Assembly: GCA_963750165.1 (NCBI GenBank)
Contig: CAVVPN010000011.1
Location: forward strand, 1,888,001 to 1,952,000
Reading direction: 5' to 3'
DNA length: 64,000 bases
Source of the DNA: an uncultured Gemmataceae bacterium
GTDB taxonomy: Bacteria > Planctomycetota > Planctomycetia > Gemmatales > Gemmataceae
Shown here piece after piece: positions 16,456-28,509 of the stretch. The stretch's first letter is position 1. Every line of letters begins with the position of its first letter. A program made the position numbers and the translations under genes. Under the pieces are notes generated by a model, which had not been told where the DNA came from, made no database searches, and worked only from the letters and a program-made list of their open reading frames with translations.

Positions 16456-19400
16456 TTACGCCAGTTTCATCAGTTTGCGCATCAACCACTCCAGCGACAG
16501 CAGGCCGACGACCGCCAGCAGCACCCACGACATGTGCAGCGGCAGCAGGGCCCATTCGGGCTGGTAGATGTTGTTGGCCAGGTACAGGCCCAGCGAATAC
16601 ACGCCGGTGAGGGCCACGGTCACGATGGCGGCGATCCAGCGGCCGATCACCAGCAGGATCAGCACCGCCACCGCCGCCACCACGGCCGGCACCAGCAGCA
16701 GCACGTTGTAAGCCGACATCACCATGTACAGTTCCAGGTCGCCGTTCAGGCCCCAGATGGAGGCGACGACGATCAGCAGCGCCAGCGTCACCGCCAGGGT
16801 GGCGCCGCCAACGACCGCCAGCGCCTGCCAGCGGCCGCTGATGAGCAGCAGCAGACACATGAAGCCGCCCAGCACCGCCGGGATCAGCAGCAGGCCCCAC
16901 GCCGGCACAAACACCGGCTCATCGGCTGCAGGCCGCCAGCCCTCGTCCCACATCTCCTTGAAGGCCCCCTTCGTCTCCTGCCGCTCGGGCGCCTGCTTTT
17001 CGATGAACTCGTACAGGTTCCGGGCCTGCTCCTCGTCGAGGAACAGCCGATCCGCCGCCGACACCTTGCCGGGGTCCACGTTGTCGATGCGCCGCTGCGA
17101 CTCCTGCAATATCTGCTCCAGCCTGGCCTTCTTGGCGGCCTTGACCTCCTTGTCGCCGGACAGCCCTTCGAGCAGCGAACGGTAGTCCGTGGACATCTGG
17201 TACAGGCTGTAGAAGTTCGGCCGCGGATTGCCGGTCTCGACGTTGAGCGGCAGCACCACGAACGAGTGGCTGATCTTCTCGCGCTCGCCGTCGGGCACCT
17301 GAATGTCCACGACGTAGACGCCGGGGGTCTTGACCTCCAGGGTGTTCGTGAAGATGCCGTCGTCGGTACTGGCGTCCTTGGCGGTCAGGTTGAACGGCAC
17401 GCCGTCCTTCTTGCCTGCCTCGGCCGGCGCGTCCAGCCGGCGCAGGGTGCCCTGCGGCCGGATGAGCCGCTTGACCAGCTGGCCGGCGGCGTCGCGCACC
17501 TCGGCCTCGATCTTGACGGGGCCGACGAGGTACTCCTCGGCCATGAAAATCTTGCCCTGCTTGCGCGTCTCGCTGCTGGTGCTGACGAAGGCCGCCAGCC
17601 GCAGCCAGAATTTTTGGTGGAACTGGGCGCTCAGGTGCCGCAGTCGCCACGACTCCTCGGAGCCGATGTAGAACGACTTGCCCTTGCCCTGCGGCTGGCC
17701 GTAGACGAAGTACGGCATACCGCCCTCGTGCTCGAACTCGGCGACCACCTTGGCGAAGGCGCTCTTCTCCATGATCGGCTGCGCCCGATAGAAGCCGCGC
17801 TTCTCGTCCGGGTCGGCCGGATGGAAGAACTGATCCCAGCTCTTGTCGCCGTCGAGGTAGATGAACGGATAGTCCTTGGAGTTGAGGAAGAACAGCGGCT
17901 GCGGCGTGACGCGCTGCACGGGCGGCTTGCCCTTGAAGACGCGGTCGGCGTCCTCATCGCGGCTGTCCTTGAGGGTGACCGGCAGCAGCGACAGCAGCGG
18001 CTTGAGCTTCTCGGCGTCCTCGCCGGGCGTGGCCAGCTTGTCGGTGTTGGTGTCGCCGGCCACGAAGATGAGGCCACCCTTGTCCTCGGTCGCCCAGCGG
18101 TGCAGCAACTCGATCTGCCGCGCCTCCAGCGCCGCCCAGTTGAAGTCGAAGGCGATGATGAGGTCGTAGCGCTTCAGGTTGTACGGGTCGGTGACCTCGG
18201 AGCGGTCGGTGTCCTTTTTGTCCTTTTCCTTGTCGCCGCCAGTCTTCTTGGGCGCCTCGAACTTGTTGGGGAACTGCGTCAACAGGTTCTGCGGGTCGAT
18301 ATCCTGGTTGATGTCCTCGCCGTCGGCGCCCTGCAGGTAGATGGCCAACTTGACGCGCTCGGCCTGGTGCTCGCGGTAGAACATGGTGCGCGTGAACTGG
18401 TAGTCCTTGGACGGGCCGCCGGCGATCATGAGGATCGACAGCCGTTTGTCGGAGATTTGCACGACCTTGCCCGGTTCGGTGACGTGCTCGGGGTCCGCGA
18501 AGTTCTCGCGCGGGTGGCGTGGCACCTTGACGATGAAACGCCACTGCCCCTGCAGCTTGCCCTCGTGGTCGGCCTTGATGTCCGCGACGTTGACCAGTTT
18601 GGCCAGTTCGGTGAGCGGCACATTGAACTCGACCTCCGCGGCCGGGAACTCGCCGGTGCTCAGCTTGACCTTCTGCGAGGCGATGGGCAGCGGCTTGACG
18701 GCGGGGTCCTTGACCATGGCGCCCTTGGGGTCGCGGATGGGCTCGCCGGTGTTGGGGTCGCGCAGGTGTTCGAGGTCATTCTGATACTTGTCGGCGATCT
18801 TCGTGACGAACAGCTGGACGGTGATGGTTTCGCCGGGCAGGCGGTCGCCGAAGATGGGCGCGATCACCTTGAAACTCTCGTCGTCGGGCCGCACGGTGGT
18901 CGGAGCGCGGAGCGGGTTGAGGCGGATGCGCGTCGGCTGATTGTATTCGCCGATGCCGACGGTCCAGACCGGCACCAGCTTGCGCGGGTTGTTGGCCAGG
19001 TTGACAATCTGCCGGTACGCTTCCTCGCTGCCCTTGTTGTTCTGGCCGTCGCCGATGACGATGACGGCCTGGACGTTGTTATTGCTCTCGCGCTGCATGA
19101 GCCGCAGCACGGCACCGTAGTCGGTGCCGTTGAGCATCTGCTCGTAGCGGACCTTGCGCTCGGCGATGTACTGCTCGCGCTCGGCGCCCTTGAGGTCGTC
19201 GCGCGGCCGGATGGTGCGGGGGTCGAGCGTCAGCCAGCGCTTCCAGTCCGCGGCGGCCCAGGTGTGATTACCCTGGAAGGTGACGCTTTCCTCGTCGGCG
19301 ACGCCGCCGAAGCGGTAGGCGACCAGCGGCGCCCTGCCCTCGAGACGCTGCACCAGGCTGAGCTTCTTGCCGCTCTTGTCGGCGAAGGGCGTGGTCAGGA

Positions 19401-19944
19401 GCTTGACGACCTTTTCCTGGCGCGTGGGCCGGAGGTTCGGGTTCTGACCGGGCTGGGGCAGGTCGTCCTGGTGGTTCATGCTGGCGGACACGTCGAACAG
19501 CAGGAGGATGCGGGCGGGCGTCTCGTAGCTGTTGTAGTATTGCCAGCCTGGCAGCAGGAACACCAGGGCGAGGATGGCGTAGACGCAGCAGCGCAGCAGG
19601 CCGAGGAAGGCCGCCAGCACGGGGTGGATGGTCTGGGCGTCGCGCTTGTACATCAGGACGATGTAGACGAACGCCACGGCCAGGACCGGGGCGAGGATGA
19701 GCCACCAGCCGAACAGGTCCTTGAACAGGTAGCCGAGGGCGAGGTAGGGCACCGCCAGGACGAGGACGACGCCGCCAAAGATGCCGAGGGTGGCCAACCT
19801 GTTTTCGCGACGGAACAGGACAATCAGGCCGACGACCGCCAGCGCGAACAGCACCGGGAACAACAACTCCCAGCCGCCGAGGCCTTCCTGCAGACGGCGG
19901 AAGAGAAATTCACTGCTCTGGGTGGTCTTGGTATCGGATAACAT
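16456..19944 (-). CDS. Membrane protein with VWA domain and a probable glutamine-amidotransferase-like domain
   Basis: TM helices at both ends; MIDAS LLLFDVSASM; VIVIGDGQNN; VPVWTVGIG; YDLIIAFD..GGLIFVAG. Confidence 0.85.
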   Translation of the reverse strand: MLSDTKTTQSSEFLFRRLQEGLGGWELLFPVLFALAVVGLIVLFRRENRLATLGIFGGVVLVLAVPYLALGYLFKDLFGWWLILAPVLAVAFVYIVLMYKRDAQTIHPVLAAFLGLLRCCVYAILALVFLLPGWQYYNSYETPARILLLFDVSASMNHQDDLPQPGQNPNLRPTRQEKVVKLLTTPFADKSGKKLSLVQRLEGRAPLVAYRFGGVADEESVTFQGNHTWAAADWKRWLTLDPRTIRPRDDLKGAEREQYIAERKVRYEQMLNGTDYGAVLRLMQRESNNNVQAVIVIGDGQNNKGSEEAYRQIVNLANNPRKLVPVWTVGIGEYNQPTRIRLNPLRAPTTVRPDDESFKVIAPIFGDRLPGETITVQLFVTKIADKYQNDLEHLRDPNTGEPIRDPKGAMVKDPAVKPLPIASQKVKLSTGEFPAAEVEFNVPLTELAKLVNVADIKADHEGKLQGQWRFIVKVPRHPRENFADPEHVTEPGKVVQISDKRLSILMIAGGPSKDYQFTRTMFYREHQAERVKLAIYLQGADGEDINQDIDPQNLLTQFPNKFEAPKKTGGDKEKDKKDTDRSEVTDPYNLKRYDLIIAFDFNWAALEARQIELLHRWATEDKGGLIFVAGDTNTDKLATPGEDAEKLKPLLSLLPVTLKDSRDEDADRVFKGKPPVQRVTPQPLFFLNSKDYPFIYLDGDKSWDQFFHPADPDEKRGFYRAQPIMEKSAFAKVVAEFEHEGGMPYFVYGQPQGKGKSFYIGSEESWRLRHLSAQFHQKFWLRLAAFVSTSSETRKQGKIFMAEEYLVGPVKIEAEVRDAAGQLVKRLIRPQGTLRRLDAPAEAGKKDGVPFNLTAKDASTDDGIFTNTLEVKTPGVYVVDIQVPDGEREKISHSFVVLPLNVETGNPRPNFYSLYQMSTDYRSLLEGLSGDKEVKAAKKARLEQILQESQRRIDNVDPGKVSAADRLFLDEEQARNLYEFIEKQAPERQETKGAFKEMWDEGWRPAADEPVFVPAWGLLLIPAVLGGFMCLLLLISGRWQALAVVGGATLAVTLALLIVVASIWGLNGDLELYMVMSAYNVLLLVPAVVAAVAVLILLVIGRWIAAIVTVALTGVYSLGLYLANNIYQPEWALLPLHMSWVLLAVVGLLSLEWLMRKLMKLA

Positions 19945-19956
19945 GCGTTCCTCACA

Positions 19957-20035
19957 TAGTCATTAGTCATCAGTCATTAGTCATTAGTTTCAAAGAACCT
20001 TCCTTCGGCCGGTTCTTGCTAATGACTAATGACTA
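19957..20035. repeat. Inverted TAGTCAT/CTAATGA heptamer arrays without a passenger gene ('empty' cassette)
   Basis: TAGTCATTAGTCATCAGTCATTAGTCATTAG-TTTCA ... CTAATGACTAATGACTA around a spacer of about 31 bp. Confidence 0.88.
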
Positions 20036-23000
20036 CGCGGCACGCGCCTCCGTTTTGGCGACCTGGGCGGGCAGCTCCGCCTCGTTATTACGCAGGTGGA
20101 AGCTCAGGTGAACGGCCAGCGCCTGCTCGGCGATCAGCACTGCCAGGAAGAACAGGAAGAACCACGGCGTCTGCGACAGATCCTGCGGCCGCGCTACCAG
20201 GGACTCACCGCTGTCGTCCGGGCCGATGAAGTAGATCGCCTTCTGCTCGGGCCGGCGGCCCTGGTTGGCCTCGCGCAACAGGTTGCCCTCCATCTCGTCC
20301 TGCGACACGCGCGTCAGGTTGCCCTCGCGGCGCGCGTCCACGTTGTACACCTGACTGATCTCCTCGAGCGATTTGACGTCGCCGCGGTTGGCCTTGGTGA
20401 AGCGCTTCAGCGTGGCCTCGTCGAGGCCCTTCAACTGGGCCTCGTCGAAGACCTCCACCAGCGCGAAGCCGGGCTCCGGCGTGTTCTTGAACTCGAACAC
20501 CCGGGACGGCTTCTCCGTGGCATCCTTGTCGTCCTTCTTGTCGTCCTTCTTGGGTTCGCGCCGGACGATGACCTCCCTGGCCCACTCCGAGTCGAGTTCC
20601 TTTTCGGGCTGGCCCGACTCGGGGCGGTAGAACGAGCGGAGCACACGCAGGTTCGTCACGCCGGGGGGCAGGTGGGCGGGGTCCACGCTGACGGTGGCGC
20701 CCGGCCCGAGCAAGCGGGCGTTGCTGCCGCCCTGGCTGGCGAGGTAGTTCTGCATCTCGAACAGCATCGGCGCGTAAATGCCAGTACTGGCCCACGGGTT
20801 CCATTCGTTGCCGGCCGTGCTCATCCACGCCGCCACGCGGCCCTTGCCGTATTCCTTGACGACCAGCATCGGATGGCTGTAACGCAGTTGCTGCCGCACC
20901 GCCACCACCTGCTCGCGCAGCGCGCTGATCTTCGGGTCCGGCAGGTTCCAGAATTCGACCAGGTTCGGGTGGTTCGCCAGGTCCGCGACCTGGCCGCGGT
21001 CGTTCAGCAGGGCGCCGAGCACGTCCGCCACCTCGTAGGCCGGCCGCTCGTCCACCTGCAGACCCGTTTTGGCCGGCTTCTCCTCGCCGTCCTTCTTGTC
21101 CTCGTCCTTCTTCTCCACAGGGACGACCGCCGCATTCACGTCGGTCAACAGCAGCAGGTCGTCGCTGTAGCGCTTCAGCCCCGGCCGGTACGACTTGTAG
21201 CGCGCGTCCACCGCGTTGATGGCACGGGCCAGTTCGCGCACCTCGTCGATATACACGCGCTTGCTCTGGCCCTTGACCGTGAAGAATTTGCCGATGGGGT
21301 CCGTGTTGGGCCGGGTGAGGATCTCCTTGACCTTGCCCGTGGCGCTGGACCAGTGCTGCCGATCCAGGGCGGGGAAGTAGCGATCCACGGCGCCACCTTG
21401 AGCCAGCCGATCTGGTTCTTGTTCTGCCGCAGCAGCGGCCCGAAGATCAGCACCTGGTCCTCGCTGGGGGCCAGGTCCTCGCGCAGCAGCAGCTGGAACT
21501 GGAAGGGGTCGCGGCGCGGCACAACGTTGCCCTTTTTCGCCTCGTCCCCCGTCGGGAAGGTGTCGCCAGCGAGCGGCACCGGGAACAGGCCCTCGCCCTT
21601 TTTGTACAGGTTTTCGTTGTAATAACCGACGTTGACGTTCGGCCCCAGGAAGAAGGCGACGCCGCCGCCGTTCTGCACATACTTCTCCAGCCGTGCCAGC
21701 TGCTCCTTCTCCAGACTGGGCACGTCCATCAGGATGATGCTCTGATACCTGTCCAGGTCGGGGCTGGTCAGCACGGTGCGGGCGTCTCCACCGACCGCCA
21801 ACTCGTGCTTGTAGCCGAGAACCGCCTTGTAAATGGGCCGGGCCGTCTTCTTGATCGGGTCGATGATCTCGCGTTCGACGGCGCTGCTCACGGCCAGGCT
21901 GTCCCCGGCCCGCTTGTCCGGGATGTCGAGTTTGACTATGCGGAGCAGTTTGCCGGACATGTCATACACGGGCCGCTCGAGGACCGGTTCGAGTTTCATG
22001 CCCGCAGCGCCGCGGCTGTCCACGAGCAGGATGGGCACCTGGTCGCGCAGCTCGACGCTGGCGTGGCGGACGTTGTCCTCGGCGATGCCGTCGTTCTTGA
22101 GGGTGGTGCGGTCGGGGCTGACCAGGTGGGCCGACAGGCGAGCGTAGATGGTCTCCTGGTCCTCACCGGCACCCTCCTCGAAGCGGCCGGTGGGCGTGGC
22201 GAAGCGGGCGGTGGCGGTGCCCATGGCCGGCACGACCAGCGGCATGCGATCGAGGAAATCGCCCTCGTCGATCACCTTGCCGGTTTTGTCGTCGTGGACG
22301 ACCAGGCGGACGGACGCCTCACTGGTGCTGTAGTTGGCGACGGTGATGCGGAACTCAGCCCGACGGCTGCGCGGCACCACACGGTTGGTGGCCTGGAAAT
22401 CGACGATGGCCAGGTTGTCGCGGGCGGTGGGCACGCCGCCCTGGCCCTCGACGCGGTTGGGGGCGACCGTGTCGATCAGCCGCACGGTGACGCCGCGCTT
22501 GTTATCGACGGTCATTTTGAGGAGGGCCTGGTGCAGACCGCGGGCCCGCGCCCCGGTCCAGTCGTCCTTGCGGAAGTCGCTCAGAACGTGGACCACGACC
22601 TTGCTTTCGGGGTTCTCGCGAATGAGGTCGTTGGCCTTGTTGAGGCCGTGCAGCAGTTCGACGTGCAGCCTGGTCGGTTGCAGTTCCGCCAGGTCCTTGT
22701 TGATCTTATCAACGGTGTCGCGCTCGCCGAGGTCGCCGTAGGTCTTGAACTTGTAGTCCGGCTCGGTGACCAGTTTTGAGAGCGGAATGATGGTCAGGCG
22801 CTCGATGCCGTTGGACTGTTTGAGGTTATCGACGATCTTTTTAGTGATGACATCCTTGGCGACCTTGAAGCAGGTGGGGGCGCCATCCTTGTCCTGCTTG
22901 TCGGTCATGCTGAGGGTGTCGTCGAGCAGGACAACGTGCAGGGTTTCCTGATCGGCGGTGGAGCCGAAGGAGAAGCCCAGGAAGCGGCCCACGAGCAAGG

Positions 23001-23217
23001 CGGTGAGCAGCACCAGCAGGCAGCGCAGCGCCAGCAGCAGCAGTTGCTCGATGATGAGCCGGCGGCGGCTGCGCTTCTGGGCCTTGAGCAGGAACTCCAT
23101 CGCGGCCCAGCGCAGCCGCTTGAAGCGCATGCGGTTAATCAGGTGGATGATGATCGGCGCACTGATGAGCGCGCCGCCGGCCGCGACGTATCCGGGATTT
23201 GTGAATAACTCAATCAT
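20033..23217 (-). CDS. BatA-domain / VWA membrane protein (apparent frameshift near 21390)
   Basis: MIELFTNP..PIIIHLINRMRFKRLRWAAMEFL is the BatA N-terminus; VVLLDDTLSM; reading continues in ORF 20033-21388 (WLKVAP/VDRYF) to a C-terminal TM segment. Confidence 0.85.
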
Positions 23218-23324
23218 GGGTCGTCCGTTCAGGAAGCGGGCAGGAGCGCAAATCGATTCAGTTGGTTCAGGATGTTCACGAGACGATCCGCCTTCTTTTC
23301 TGCCGCTTGCGGCAGCACCAGCCA

Positions 23325-24251
23325 TCAAGCGCGTGCCTTCGCCGCTTTCGAGATCGCCATGCGGTGGTGCAGGAACTTGGCCAGCACCGCGTCGAGGTAT
23401 TCGCCGGTGTGGACCAGGGCGTAGTCGATGCCCTGCCGTGAACAACCGCGGCGCACCTCCACGAGATACTCCTCCAGCGCCTCGATGTAGCCGTCACGCA
23501 GCGCCCGCGGGTCGCAGAGCACGTGCTGCAGCTCCTCCATGCCCTCGAAGCGTGTGGTGCCGCTGAAGGGGAACTTCAGCTCGTCGTCGTCCATGACGTG
23601 GAAGACGAGCACGTCATGGCGACGGTGCCGCAGCATTTCGAGACCGCGGAACAGCGATTCGCGGTCCACCAGCAGATCGGAAATCAGCACGACCATGCCG
23701 CGCGACGGCATGCTCTCGGCGACGCGCTTGAGGATCTTTTCCGGGTCGGTCTTGTCACGCGGCCGGCTGACGTCCATGGCCTTGACCAGGGCGTCGATGT
23801 GCGTATTAGCACTGCGCGGCGGGATGACCTGGCGGACATTCTCGTCGAAGGTAATCAGGCCGCAGGAGTCCTGCTGGCGCAGCAGCAGGAAGGCGAGGCA
23901 GGCGGCGATGGTGCAGCCGTAGTCGTACTTGTTCATCGGGCCGCGGCCGTAGTGCATCGAGTTGCTGACATCCACGACCAACGTGGTGCGCAGGTTGGTC
24001 TCTTCCTCGAACTGCTTGATGTAATACTTGTCGGTCTTGGACCAGACCTTCCAGTCGAGGTGGCGGATGTCGTCGCCAGGGGTGTAGTCGCGGTGCTGCA
24101 CGAACTCGACGCTGTGGCCGAAGAACGGGCTGCGGTGCATACCAGAGATGAAGCCCTCGACCACCTGGCGGGCGCGCAGGTCGAGCCGGGAGATGCGCGC
24201 GATGGTCGTGGGGTGCAGGAAGCGGCGGGGGTCGTCGGTTTTTACGGCCAC
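23325..24251 (-). CDS. DUF58 domain protein (MoxR-associated, VWA-like)
   Basis: GMHRSPFFGHSVEFVQHRDYTPGDDIRHLDWK, KQFEEETN, VVDVSNSM, VVLISD. Confidence 0.95.
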   Translation of the reverse strand: MAVKTDDPRRFLHPTTIARISRLDLRARQVVEGFISGMHRSPFFGHSVEFVQHRDYTPGDDIRHLDWKVWSKTDKYYIKQFEEETNLRTTLVVDVSNSMHYGRGPMNKYDYGCTIAACLAFLLLRQQDSCGLITFDENVRQVIPPRSANTHIDALVKAMDVSRPRDKTDPEKILKRVAESMPSRGMVVLISDLLVDRESLFRGLEMLRHRRHDVLVFHVMDDDELKFPFSGTTRFEGMEELQHVLCDPRALRDGYIEALEEYLVEVRRGCSRQGIDYALVHTGEYLDAVLAKFLHHRMAISKAAKARA

Positions 24252-24297
24252 GGGTGTGGGTTCCTTGTTGCGTGCGTGGGGCGCGGGTCAATCGTCG

Positions 24298-24765
24298 TCA
24301 CGGGCCTGTTTGCTGGAGGGAATGCGGCACGGGTTCTTCCTGGGCGTGCGCTGGCGCCACCTGCACGGGCACCGGGGTGATCGTGAAGTGGTGCTCCGAG
24401 GGCGTATTCATGAAGGACACCTTCCAGGACTGCGGACACACCTCCGGGTGCGTGTTCTCGTTCAAGAGGATGAGCCCTTCGCCTCCGTAAAGCGTTCCTT
24501 GCAGGCTGCCGCTTTCGGTGCAGAGAACACTTAACCGAGCACAGAGCATCCGCAACTTGGTTTTGGCCCTGCCTAACGGTGCCACCCAGGCCGGTTGGCC
24601 CGTTGTTTCGAAACGCAATCCGGTATCAGCGTCGCGAGTGCCACGGACTTCCCCAACTTCCCCAGACAGGGCCAACAAGTCATCAAGGAAACGCACCAGG
24701 CCGCCTTGATGATCGTCGGCCAGGTGCGTCAGCACCAACTCGCGGATTCGGCTCTCGGCGTTCAT
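24298..24765 (-). CDS. Hypothetical protein, translationally coupled to the upstream ORF
   Basis: 155-aa ORF; its ATG overlaps the TGA of the frame-corrected upstream gene (ATGA at 24762-24765). Confidence 0.65.
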   Translation of the reverse strand: MNAESRIRELVLTHLADDHQGGLVRFLDDLLALSGEVGEVRGTRDADTGLRFETTGQPAWVAPLGRAKTKLRMLCARLSVLCTESGSLQGTLYGGEGLILLNENTHPEVCPQSWKVSFMNTPSEHHFTITPVPVQVAPAHAQEEPVPHSLQQTGP

Positions 24766-25123
24766 GGAACCACGATCCTCCTGGGCAGCGTTGGCCAGAG
24801 GGTAAGGAGTTCTTCCAGCCCAAACCCGGGCTCAAACCGGATCTCCCCAACACCTCTGCCTTTTGTGCGAGCGACTCAGGCACCGCAACCTCGATTATGG
24901 CAGGTCCACCCTCATTCGGGAACAGCAACGCCTTCGCGGCCGCAACATCTGCCGGTTCACCGCACAGGCACGGCTCACCAATTCGGGCGGTCGAGAACCC
25001 TTCTGCGGTATCCGGGACACCTGGTTCCTTGAAGTCCGGGTCTGGCCCATGGTCGAGGATCGCCTCCGCTCGTCTCATCGTGGTCCCGTGTCTGAGCCAA
25101 ACGAAGGGTTCGTCGGAAGCCAT
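24762..25123 (-). CDS. Small hypothetical protein with ADP-ribosyltransferase-like motif spacing (apparent frameshift near 24848)
   Basis: LRHGTT..EGFSTA..AIIEVAVP; adding one G in the GGGG run gives ..VLGEIRFEPGFGLEELLTLWPTLPRRIVVP*. Confidence 0.6.
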
Positions 25124-25176
25124 CGCTGTTCACTCGCATCCATGACGATCGCGCAAACAACCATGTGCCATGCCCC

Positions 25177-25912
25177 TCAGCTTCGACTGCGACTCGCCTT
25201 GAACGAGCCGGCCGTCTTGCCAGACCTTTTGGCCGGGATGTCGTCGTCAAAGTCCCGATCCGGCAGCGGGCGTTTCTTCTTCTTTTTCGGGGCGTTGTTC
25301 TTCAGCACCATCCAGATGACGCCGCCGGTGATGCCCGCGATGGCGAGGAACACTACCACGCCGGCCACAATGATGATCGCCAGGGTGCCGCCGCTCGGGC
25401 CGCTATCGGCGACTTGAGGTGCTGCCCCGACCCCTGTTGGCGTCGTTGCCCACCGGGCCAATGACCAGTTTGTCGCCGCCGGCTTTCTTCTCGGGCTGTC
25501 GCTGCGGCGGATTGTTGTTCACTACCGGGTTGCCGCCGCCGATGCCGTTCATGATCCGGGCGCCACAGCTCGGGCAGGTGGCCGGCGGGAACGCGCCGGT
25601 GCCCATGACCGCGTTGCACCGGCTGCACTTCCAGACGCTCTGCATCTGGGGCATCTGGATTGGCGGCGGCGGTTTGAACTGCGGCGGCTGCATGATGGGC
25701 GGTTGTTTGAACTGCGGCGGCTGCATGATGGGCGGTTGTTTGAACTGCGGCGGCTGCATGATGGGCGGTTGTTTGAACTGCGGCGGTTGCATGACGGGCG
25801 GCGGGTTGAACTTCTGCTGCGCTTCCAGGCCGCCGCCGACGAAAATGACCAGCGCGGGGAGCGCGAGCGCGAAGGCGATTCCGAGACGCCGTAGATTCGG
25901 ACAACGCTGCAT
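25177..25912 (-). CDS. Exported Pro-rich repeat / zinc-ribbon protein with a C-terminal membrane anchor (apparent frameshift near 25430)
   Basis: Signal-like N-terminus, (PPIMQPPQFKQ)x4, CSRC..CPSC; the adjacent frame continues into TM TLAIIIVAGVVVFLAIAG followed by KKKKKR. Confidence 0.65.
25673..25811 (-). repeat. 33-bp coding tandem repeat, about 4 copies
   Basis: TTTGAACTGCGGCGGCTGCATGATGGGCGGTTG units encoding QPPIMQPPQFK. Confidence 0.9.
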
Positions 25913-25965
25913 GACACACCCAGGAGAGTTAGGTAACACTCGGCAACCAATCACCACGCTGTTTC

Positions 25966-26009
25966 CGCCGTTGGCGGCGTAGCGCGCTGCCGCTACGCCG
26001 CCAACGGCG
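25966..26009. terminator. Perfect 19-bp hairpin just downstream of moxR
   Basis: CGCCGTTGGCGGCGTAGCG pairs with CGCTACGCCGCCAACGGCG; no clear U-tract. Confidence 0.55.
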
Positions 26010-26017
26010 CGTCCAAA

Positions 26018-27133
<1,116 letters not shown>

Positions 27134-27248
27134 GCGGGTCTCATCTCGTTGAAGGAAAAACTAACAAGAACCCACCACGTCCGGCGCCCACTGCGCCGGA
27201 CGTTGGGGTTTTAATCCTGGCGGGGTTTGGGGTGTTGCCAGCGTTCTT

Positions 27249-27280
27249 CCGTGGGGCAGACAGGAATGTCTGCCCCACGG
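27249..27280. repeat. GTGG-type REP palindrome, copy 2 (a second hairpin lies at 27169-27212)
   Basis: CCGTGGGGCAGACAGGAATGTCTGCCCCACGG. Confidence 0.85.
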
Positions 27281-27306
27281 AAGAACGCTGCAGTCGCATC
27301 AGTTCT

Positions 27307-28444
27307 TTATCTTTGATAGATAGGCAAGGTGCCCTTGTCCAGTTGCAGGATGGTGCAGTAAATAGCGGTGGAGTACACCGGGCCGACACCGAAGCCGCCC
27401 TGCTGGCTGGTCCAGCTACCGTCCTTGTTCTGCGCCTTGACCAGGTCGTCGAACATCTTGTTGCGGTATTCGGTCCAGGTCAGCTTGGCGCCGCCCTCGC
27501 CGGGGAACAGTTTCTCCCAGCCCTTGTCGCCGAGCGTGTAAATGCTCTGGGCGAAGTAGTAGTGCGTGTACTCGTCGTGGCCGATGCGGATGCCGCCGTT
27601 GCCCAGGCCCAGGCCAATCGGGATGCGCTCCTGACACGCCTTGAGCCACTTCTTGGCGTACTCGTCCTTGTATTCGCCGGAGTTGAACAGGCAGGCCACG
27701 GCGGCGGCGGTAATGGCCGGCCGCTCGATCTTCTGGTTGAAGCTGTAATAGACCTGGCCGGACGGGCTGGTGCAGTCCTTGAGGTACTTCTGAGCCTTGA
27801 CGATCGCGTCCTTGGGCACGGGAATGCCGGCGTTGCGCCGCCCGCAGCGCCTGCACCTGGGTGATGGTCACGGAGCCCTCGTCGTTGTCGCCGCCCTCGG
27901 CGCGCGAGGTGTAGTACCAGCCGCCCTTGCTCGACTGGGCGTTAATCATGTACTTGACGCCGCGCGTCAGGATGTCGCGCAGCTCGGCGCGGCGCTTGGC
28001 GTTGCCCTCGTCGCCGTAGACACAGGCCAGAAACATCAACCCGAAACCGTGGCCGTACATGTAGCGGATGGCCTCGTTCTGCTCGGTGGTGTCGCCGATC
28101 AGGCCGTCGCGCTGGTTGCCCTTCTGCGACTTCTTCATCAGCCAGGTGACCGCCCGCTCGATCTGCTTGGCGTACTTGCCCTCCTTGGGAGTGCTGCCCT
28201 CCATGAGCAGGGCCATGCCGGCCAGCGCGGTCATGGCGACCGGATACTGGCCGCCGTTGGCGGCCCAGTGGCCCTCCTTCTTGTCGTCGGAGACGATCTG
28301 TTTTTCGACGAGCCATTTCAGCCCGTCGTTGATGGTCTGGCGATATTTCTTGGGGATCTCGTCAGCCCGGGCGCGCGGGGCGGGGCCGACGGTCAGCGCC
28401 GCCAGGGCGGTCAGGGACGCCACAACCACGGTCAAGCGAAACAT
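27307..28444 (-). CDS. Secreted prenyltransferase/squalene-oxidase-repeat protein, paralog A (apparent 2-nt frameshift near 27836)
   Basis: Signal peptide; YMYGHGF, AQSSKGGWYY, QNKDGSW, ends QLDKGTLPIYQR. The paralogs read ALRAARNAGIPVP across the break. Confidence 0.88.
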
Positions 28445-28509
28445 GCGCTGAACTCCTCCAAGGGCGAAAGGCCGCCGGGCCGGGGAGAGGCACGGCCCGG
28501 CGGCTTGGT

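Noticed and set aside
8677..19941. Very long plus-strand ORFs (1004, 1361 and 1162 aa) and similar antisense ORFs elsewhere
   Set aside because: Shadow frames of GC3-biased genes on the opposite strand, with no recognisable motifs.
25673..25811. 33-bp repeats as a CRISPR array
   Set aside because: Head-to-tail with no spacers and in frame within a coding sequence.
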